Part shown: positions 56,550 to 64,000 of the stretch, piece by piece
Layout: each line of letters starts with the position of its first letter
Numbering within the stretch: position 1 is the stretch's first letter
Assembly: GCA_040437565.1 (NCBI GenBank)
Contig: JBDOQK010000018.1
Location: 186,001 to 250,000, forward strand
Reading direction: 5' to 3'
DNA from: Albugo candida
Taxonomy: Eukaryota
DNA length: 64,000 nt
The notes under the pieces: generated by a model
Told to the model about the DNA's origin: nothing
What the model saw: only the letters and a program-made list of their open reading frames with translations
The model's database searches: none
Translations under genes and position numbers: made by a program

Positions 56550-58329
56550 CCCATTTGTGAAAGCGATGGCAACAAGTCGGCGTTGTCATTGTATGTTGAG
56601 GATCATATGACGCATTCAGCTTGTAAGAGTGCAAAAAATTATTTCGAATCCAAATCACAAGCGGAGCGAGCCTCTTTATGGCTCAAAGAACTGAAGATAC
56701 ACAAACTTGGAAAATGGACTCAAGCAGAACGAGAGCAGGTCTGCGAAACTGACGAAGATAGCGGCTGGACAGCCCAGCGGGGATATATCACATGATATAG
56801 TGTAATGAGAGACCCACATCTCTTCCTTTTTCGTAGCAATTTGTCATTCAATACTTTCTCGAAAATCGTACCAATTCAATAGGCTAAGTCCCCTTCTTTG
56901 TCATCTTCTACAACTGTATTGATATGGATCACTTGGATATGTAGGCTCTGATTTCTCACTTTCTATGAAGAGTGAAAGCATCTCATAGCTGCTCTTTGAC
57001 CAAAATAGTTCAACATGTGCACAGAGCCGACACAGATCGATATTAAGGATAGCAAGATCAGATTTACCTATCAAACAAGCGAGTCGCGTGTAACTCAGTC
57101 TTTGGTTTCTATCTTTTGCAAAGGTGAGGGGCACGATTTCTTACAATAGCATCATCGGGATGGTGATTGAACATTCATGTGGGGATCATACTTTGCGATT
57201 CGAACATTTTTATATGAGGCAATTCAAGTACTTTTTTTCTGAAACACTTATGGTCTGAAACCATCGATCCATCTGCCTATGCTGATTTCCCGTCATTAAG
57301 TTGCCAAGTGTGTACTCTAATATTTTTTGGCAGCGAGTTACGGTGCGCGATACCAAAGGTTTGGCATCCGTATACTTTACCTGTGGTGGGCACGTGGTTA
57401 CGGAGCACCTGATTCATTTACAGCTTGATAAGTGACATACTCAAGTATCTAGCAAGTGGATCGCTCAAATACTATTGCTTCGTACCTCTGGATCGGTCAC
57501 ATTGGAATTTCGCAATTCAAAGCGAACATGTAGACATTCGATATCAGTACGAAAACAAACCATTAACTCAGTTACCCCACAACCGCTTTATCTGCCCTGT
57601 GGTAATTCAAGGTGGTAGAATTCGATGGTTTGACTTATCAGATAAATTTTAATGCACGTCAAGCCACCACCCTGAAGATCTGTCACTGCGTCTAACTTCA
57701 TTGAAATGGGACCTATTCCACAACATAAACGCCAAGTCCCATCACTGAATAAAGATGGGCGTGGGTTTCCTGTAAAAGAAAGGTCTAAGCTAAAAGAAGC
57801 AGCGCGCGGAGACGAGCTTCAATCGATTTTGCAGCGTCAAATGTGCAGATAATGATATCAAGGTTTTCGGTTTGCAGTAATCTCTAGTGTTGAAATTCAT
57901 CATTGCTGCATTCTTTGGTGGTAAGTGGCATCGGAACAATGATATCTACTTGGTGGAACTTTATTTTTTGAAATTACTTTTCTGCCTTATGAGCGGCCAG
58001 AGATCCTGTTGCACCTCACTTTGTAAGCTGCGTGTTTGCTGGGAACATACGTATACTTTTCATGCAATTACAGATTCTACCGCCATCGATAATCATCAAA
58101 GTAATGGCAATTCCATAACCAGGTGGCCTTATAAATTGTATTCAACGTCAACCTCGTAAGCATTGTTTATAGCATCATCACTCACGGCGCCATTACCTAG
58201 TGCTGCCTGAACCATAAGAATCCCTTCGTATTTGTTACAAGTCATACACATAATCCGCATCCAGATTTAGAACCCGATTACTCTCTTCTAAAAAATAAGG
58301 CATTGATCTGAGAACGTCGTTTTTCCCGC

Positions 58330-59978
58330 ATGCACACTATTTCACAAGAACTCGACGTTAACAGGAAAGAGAATGATAAAGAAGTACAAGGGGAATCATT
58401 TAAAGATGTTAAATGTCTCAATGTACTACTGCCGACATTCGAACAAGAAGGAATGGATCAAGAAGGGGTGGAGTATGAAGAATTGGCTCATGCTCTTGCA
58501 GAAGGGATAGAAGATGAAGAAGTGGATCAGGCTCTCGTGGAAGGTATAGAAGATAAAGAATCGGATCAGGCTTTTGTGGAAGCTATCGAAGATAAAATAT
58601 TGAATCAGGCTCTTGCGGAAGTGATAGAAGTTGAATTAATGGATCAGGCTCCTGCGGAAGAGATAGAAGATATAGATTTGGATCAAGTCCTTGCCGAAGT
58701 ACAACAGATACGGCTGCAAGAAGGCCTCAGTGATGAACAAGAGGGTTTTCGTGCAGAACCGGTGATTACGGTAGAAGCAGATTTGGAACGAAAAGCAAAA
58801 TCATTTCGAAGATCTAACTCTAGCTCCGCTATCACTTCAAGATCGACATATTCGAATCGGAGTAAACGTGGCTTTGAAGCAGAAAGGATAAGAACGGTCC
58901 CGCGAAAGGAGACCGCCGTAGAAAATGTATGCCGACCGTCCATTTACACGCAACAGATTTTGCAGTCTCCGCATGCAATCCATTCATTTCGACAGTTCCG
59001 TGACAAGACCGTAACACCGTCCGTCAAGAGTATCAGGGTACGAATCATCATCTCTTTTCCTTCTTAGCTAAAACGGAATCATGTACCCATGAAGAAGCGA
59101 ATCGAGGAATTAGCTTTACCAAAAGAATCGAGTTCAGGTCGAAAATACGCTACGGACGACGATACGAGACATTGCCATTTTCAAGCAAGATCTCGGCGAC
59201 GGCGACACATTAAAACGGAGACAGCAGACCCAACCGATTGTAAGGAAAACCATTTCGTTGCTCGCATGGAATCCATGGAGCGAAATCGGCAAAAGGTTTA
59301 TTGAAGCATTCCATGGACAAGAGATCTTGGCTAATATTGATACACGTAGAAAATTGGTCACGCGAGAGGTGAAAATGAGTATAACGATCTCTTGGTTTGT
59401 GCGTTCGCGGCGTTTTCTGTTTGTGATGATAACATCTGATGTTTTAGGACAAAAAGATTTGCCCACAATGCGGAATGAAGCAATCATACGCAGAGTTCCG
59501 AGATAAAAAGAAGCTGTGTCAGTCTTGCGGAGTGATGTTCCGACGCGAGCACGTGTGGAGTGATGTCGAACAAAGTTTTCTCATGCGCGTGCAAAAATAT
59601 TCGCAGAAGAAAGAAGATCAAAGAAGGCGAGTGCTATAATATGTCACGCAGAACAATTGCATAGTTGTTTCAGATATTTNNNNNNNNNNNNNNNNNNNNN
59701 NNNNNNNNNNNNNNNNNNNNNNNNNNNNNNNNNNNNNNNNNNNNNNNNNNNNNNNNNNNNNNNNNNNNNNNNNNNNNNNGATCAAAGAAGGCGGGTGCTA
59801 TAATATGTCACGCCTCAGAACAATTGCATAGTTGTTTCAGATATTTTATGATCGTGATGATAACACAACCACGACTTCATACCGGTTTATTATGGAGCAT
59901 CAATTCCGAAAGATTATAAGGAATAAGAGTAGAGAGTTCTTCATTCAAAACACGCGTCTCAGGATCAGAGTAGCGTAG
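58330..59978 (+). CDS. Hypothetical protein with acidic 13-aa repeats and a C4 zinc-ribbon-like exon; 3' end tentative
   Basis: ORFs 58330-59067 and 59089-59304, plus exon 59448-59630 DKKICPQCGMKQSYAEFRDKKKLCQSCG. Confidence 0.65.
58477..58701 (+). repeat. Coding minisatellite, 39-bp unit, about 5.8 copies
   Basis: Degenerate units such as GAAGAAGTGGATCAGGCTCTCGTGGAAGGTATAGAAGAT encoding EEVDQALVEGIED-like peptides. Confidence 0.9.
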
Positions 59979-60088
59979 TAACTGGAAAACTTAAATAGAA
60001 AGACAGTTGCGTAGTCTACAGCTAAATACATTTCCAAACTCACTCAGTACAGGTGTCATCTTTGTGTGCTTACTTCACAATTGCTTCA

Positions 60089-61633
60089 ATGAGTTGTGCT
60101 GAAACGTGCGCAGTACGGAATGGTGAGAATAGAACCATTCCGGATGACAAAATAGCAGCGTTCGCCGAGCAATTACGCCAAGAAAGACAGAAACTTACCA
60201 TTTTTCGCCGTCCATGGAGTGTGATGTATCATTTTGGTATTATGATGGGTCGTTTCTTGAAATGGCTGACGTTGTGTGTCGTGCATCATAATCTGACACG
60301 GTTTTTGGTCTTTCCCTTATTACTTTTGTGGGTTTTTGCGTCATTAACGGATGGCCAGCATCGGTCTTATCTGGATAACTTCAATATGAATGTCGAATTC
60401 GTTGTGTGGTGGTTTGGTCTTGGAGTGTTATCGTCTGTAGGACTTGGCACTGGTATGCATTCCGGAATATTGTTTCTTTTTCCACACATTTTTCTGGTTG
60501 TACAAGGTGCGGAAGAATGCAAATCGTTACAGTTTGACACGAAACACCATATGTGGTTTCATTCTTTTGAAGCCAACTGCGATACTATACCAGAAACGAG
60601 CAGTGTGACATTNNNNNNNNNNNNNNNNNNNNNNNNNNNNNNNNNNNNNNNNNNNNNNNNNNNNNNNNNNNNNNNNNNNNNNNNNNNNNNNNNNNNNNNN
60701 NNNNNNNNNNNNCTGGATAACTTCAATATGAATGTCGAATTCGTTGTGTGGTGGTTTGGTCTTGGAGTGTTATCGTCTGTAGGACTTGGCACTGGTATGC
60801 ATTCCGGAATATTGTTTCTTTTTCCACACATTTTTCTGGTTGTACAAGGTGCGGAAGAATGCAAATCGTTACAGTTTGACACGAAACACCATATGTGGTT
60901 TCATTCTTTTGAAGCCAACTGCGATACTATACCAGAAACGAGCAGTGTGACATTCGCAGCAATATTTTGGAAAGTCTTCTGGCCTTGTATTCTATGGGGT
61001 GCAGGCACTGCCGCGGGTGAGATCCCACCGTATGCATTAAGTCGAGCTGCGCGACTAGCTGGACAGAGAAATGAAGAATTTGAAGAAATAACCGAGTCCA
61101 AATCTCAGTACAACATTTTGAATAGTACAAAAGAGTGGATGATCAGGTTTTTGCAGCGTCATGGATTCTGGGGCGTGCTTTTGATGTCGGCTTGGCCAAA
61201 TGTGGCTTTTGATTTATGCGGTATCTGCTGTGGTCACTTCCTGATGCCATTTTGGACATTTTTTAGCGCCACTTTGATTGGAAAGGCGCTGATCAAAGTC
61301 AACTTACAAGCTGCGTTTTTCATCGTAATCTTCACGGATGCACACATGAGGCAAGTAGAATTCATAATTGCGAGCCTCACTCCAAGCAGTTGGCGGCTCG
61401 ATGCTCGTGTAAGCGAGTTTCTCATGGAATGTCGTGAGAAGTTCCACTCCGCGCATTCACAAGCAACGGTGGAGCGTACAGGAGGAGGGTCAACCAAGTC
61501 AAGTGTGATTTCGCAAGCAGGATCTGCGATAATGGTGATCTTTATAGCATACTTTGCAATCTCCTGCATCGAACAATTTGCTCAACAGCATGCTGCCGAA
61601 GAAGACGAGCAGAAAATTAAGAAACTCAGCTAA
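60089..61633 (+). CDS. VMP1: Vacuole membrane protein 1 (DedA/VTT family ER scramblase)
   Basis: WWFGLGVLSSVGLGTGMHSGILFLFPHI, WGAGTAAGEIPPY, AWPNVAFDLCGICCGHFLMPFWTFF.ATLIGKA. The internal repeat is a gap artefact. Confidence 0.95.
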   Translation: MSCAETCAVRNGENRTIPDDKIAAFAEQLRQERQKLTIFRRPWSVMYHFGIMMGRFLKWLTLCVVHHNLTRFLVFPLLLLWVFASLTDGQHRSYLDNFNMNVEFVVWWFGLGVLSSVGLGTGMHSGILFLFPHIFLVVQGAEECKSLQFDTKHHMWFHSFEANCDTIPETSSVTXXXXXXXXXXXXXXXXXXXXXXXXXXXXXXXXXXLDNFNMNVEFVVWWFGLGVLSSVGLGTGMHSGILFLFPHIFLVVQGAEECKSLQFDTKHHMWFHSFEANCDTIPETSSVTFAAIFWKVFWPCILWGAGTAAGEIPPYALSRAARLAGQRNEEFEEITESKSQYNILNSTKEWMIRFLQRHGFWGVLLMSAWPNVAFDLCGICCGHFLMPFWTFFSATLIGKALIKVNLQAAFFIVIFTDAHMRQVEFIIASLTPSSWRLDARVSEFLMECREKFHSAHSQATVERTGGGSTKSSVISQAGSAIMVIFIAYFAISCIEQFAQQHAAEEDEQKIKKLS

Positions 61634-61953
61634 GCGACGACGTTGCGGACCATGAGCAAGTCGTTTTAGAAATGATAACTTTGGTCGCTGATTTCTTCTC
61701 TGGTACAAAGAAAATTAGAGATACTGATTTCATTTTATACCATTTTTTCCATCACCAAAATGTGCTGATTTCGTTGGTTNNNNNNNNNNNNNNNNNNNNN
61801 NNNNNNNNNNNNNNNNNNNNNNNNNNNNNNNNNNNNNNNNNNNNNNNNNNNNNNNNNNNNNNNNNNNNNNNNNNNNNNNCCAAAATGTGCTGATTTCGTT
61901 GGTTCTCCATCACCTCTAATATTCTATCGGACATTTAAACTTGATTTGCGCTG

Positions 61954-63081
61954 ATGCACCGCAGAAATGTACATGGAAGCGATCGCGAGTACGTACATGT
62001 ACATGGAGACACGCTATATCGTTCAGCAAGCTTACAACAAGGAGATCCCGCCTTAATATTGATCAAGGGATTGGCGGCAAAAGCGTGGCAATCGAATCGA
62101 GTGAAGATGGGGTTGGCATTGTGGCTTTTAGGCGTCTTTTTCATGATGTTTGCTCCCAGCCCGAAGTCACTGACCGCTGGTACGAAGATGTTNNNNNNNN
62201 NNNNNNNNNNNNNNNNNNNNNNNNNNNNNNNNNNNNNNNNNNNNNNNNNNNNNNNNNNNNNNNNNNNNNNNNNNNNNNNNNNNNNNNNNNNNTTTAGGCG
62301 TCTTTTTCATGATGTTTGCTCCCAGCCCGAAGTCACTGACCGCTGGTACGAAGATGTTTAAGTAGTATCATTTATAATTGCATGTACGCTTTCAGATATG
62401 AAAAATCAATTCCAACAAATGATTGTTGAGGCTGCAGATGCACCTGCATACGAGAAAGCACTCAGAAAGTATCAGAATGCTCGTTTTCACGCTGACGAGG
62501 CAAAAGTTTGGTTTTGGCGGTTCCGAGAGCCACACAAAACTATCGTACGCGACCGGGAGAAAAGTGTTAATGAATTAAAAAGCAAATTAGATCATTTGGA
62601 TGCCGAACGTGAAAGAAAGATGACAAAAGCGAAGCAGTTTGTCGGCATTTGGTCCGACTACGGCATGGATGACGTGCGTAACCGATTTTGGGGCGCATAT
62701 GACAAAGGAAAAATGTTTGCACAGCAGCAAACGTTTTACCACATGATAATGTATGTTCTCTCTGGTCGGAATGAAGACATATTGAGTACCATTTTGAATT
62801 GGGTATTCGTGGCACTTGCTAATTTTACAACGGGATTAATTGGTAGTCTATTTTACTTCATGTTCAGTCTCATCGGCATGATCTATTCGTATCAGCCTGA
62901 TCCCTTCAGCGCTGTCGCCTTCTTTGCCTTGGGCATTTTAGGTGCAGCTAGCGTTGTCGCTTCGTATTTGATCGGAGTGTATGGTATGGTGGCTAGCGGC
63001 ATGTATGTGGTTAGTAAAGCCGCAGCGCGAAATGCTTTACAGGATGAAGCCCGACATCATATTAGGTACGAGCAACGTTGA
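61954..63081 (+). CDS. Multi-pass transmembrane hypothetical protein with a coiled coil
   Basis: Exon 1 with a TM (GLALWLLGVFFMMF), intron 62346-62395, exon 2 with a coiled coil, GIWSDYG...RFW and 2-3 hydrophobic helices. Confidence 0.75.
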
Positions 63082-63523
63082 TATTCATGCAGTTGGGCTG
63101 TGATTCTCGGATCTTCGATCGATATTGGATGCTAATTTTTGAATGCTAATTTTTGAAATAAAGAGCAGCCTGATTCTCATCATGAAGTGCTCTATTCATA
63201 ATCGTTCAGCTCCGCTGAGTACTTTTTTTGAAATGACAATACTCAGATCTTTGTACGCACGAAAAAGTAGAGTGCCAGTAGTCCATGCACGCACAAATAT
63301 TCAAAGCTTTTTTTGCCGCCGGTGGTGGTGAAGGTGTTCATTTGGGTAAAAGTACCTTTTCAGGCAATCTCATTTCTTGACAATACCATTTTTGTGTGAC
63401 TATATGCCACTAAAGTTGGATGAGATCTACATGCTGTAATCGCGCTCGTTGGAGTTGTTCAGTAACCAGCTAATTGGGTCTTCGCGAGATACAAGAAATA
63501 AGATAGGAAGAAAAGTCTCTGGT

Positions 63524-64000
63524 CATATCGCATTCACGGGTCATCGCCTATCGAATGGTAAATCTATCCATGTTATAAATATTCGGAGCAAGCGACATTG
63601 AATAAATCGAGGACAAATTGCTTCCTTCAACGAAAACTGAACGTAAGTAGAAGGACACCCATGACATGAAGCATTTACGAATGATAAATAGAAGATTGTT
63701 TCACAGCCCAGGTTGGATGTGTTTGTCATCACAACAAAATCATCCGAGTTATGCTTGTAGCAATAAAAATCAAATTTGAATGATATCACGACTAGGAGAA
63801 GGCTCAGACGTTAAAGAGCACAAGATGCATGCTCGAATGAACGAAATCGTATACTGCATTGATCACATCGACATATGCCCAATGTGAACGACATAGAAAG
63901 TGCTTGACATAACATAGATCTGTTGTCGTCGACTCAATTTGTATCTCGTGCTTTCACTGACATCTTCCTGACTAAATTTCTCATCCCCCGCTGTGATCTG
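63524..64000 (-). CDS. Possible 3' part of a multi-exon hypothetical gene running off the window
   Basis: Open minus-strand stretches QITAGDEKFSQEDVSESTRYKLSRRQQ and VISFKFDFYCYKHNSDDFVVMTN with splice-like sites. No recognisable domain. Confidence 0.3.

Noticed and set aside
56583-58159. Several 70-90 codon ORFs between WDR26 and the acidic-repeat gene
   Set aside because: Non-ATG starts, no motifs and no consistent splice pattern; cannot be supported as genes from sequence alone.
58477-58701. 39-bp periodic array considered as CRISPR-like
   Set aside because: No unique spacers; the units are degenerate in-frame coding repeats in a eukaryotic gene and no cas genes are present.
60371-60954. 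VMP1 with a duplicated re-entrant/TM segment
   Set aside because: Identical copies either side of gap 60613-60712.
63129-63157. 14-bp tandem duplication ATGCTAATTTTTGA x2, and an 11-bp repeat near 5654-5683
   Set aside because: Simple slippage-type repeats in non-coding DNA.

Overview
Eukaryotic, AT-rich, gene-dense scaffold with short (about 50-80 nt) GT-AG introns. The gene content and CCAAT-type promoter motifs suggest an oomycete, possibly Albugo-like; this is an inference, not a database result. Genes from 5' to 3': two tandem Vti1-like Qb-SNAREs, UTP18, a gene-sparse island with a candidate secreted Cys-rich protein, an E(z)/EZH2 H3K27 methyltransferase, an RME-8/DNAJC13-like protein, tepsin, SMC5, USP5/UBP14, an IQ-motif protein, an ELM2/PLU-1/PHD chromatin protein, an LRR-IQ protein, a CLC chloride channel, WDR26/GID7, an acidic-repeat zinc-ribbon protein, VMP1 and a multi-TM hypothetical protein. 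There are 16 gaps of 100 N; 15 are flanked by duplicated sequence, which creates false duplications and frameshifts. The most notable observations are a CLC with its gating glutamate replaced by Ala (GRAGP), a KDM5-like scaffold with ELM2 and no JmjC, and an RME-8-like protein with no recognisable J domain. No rRNA, tRNA, CRISPR array or clear transposon was seen. I found no convincing multi-gene novel system, only single-gene oddities and hypotheses.
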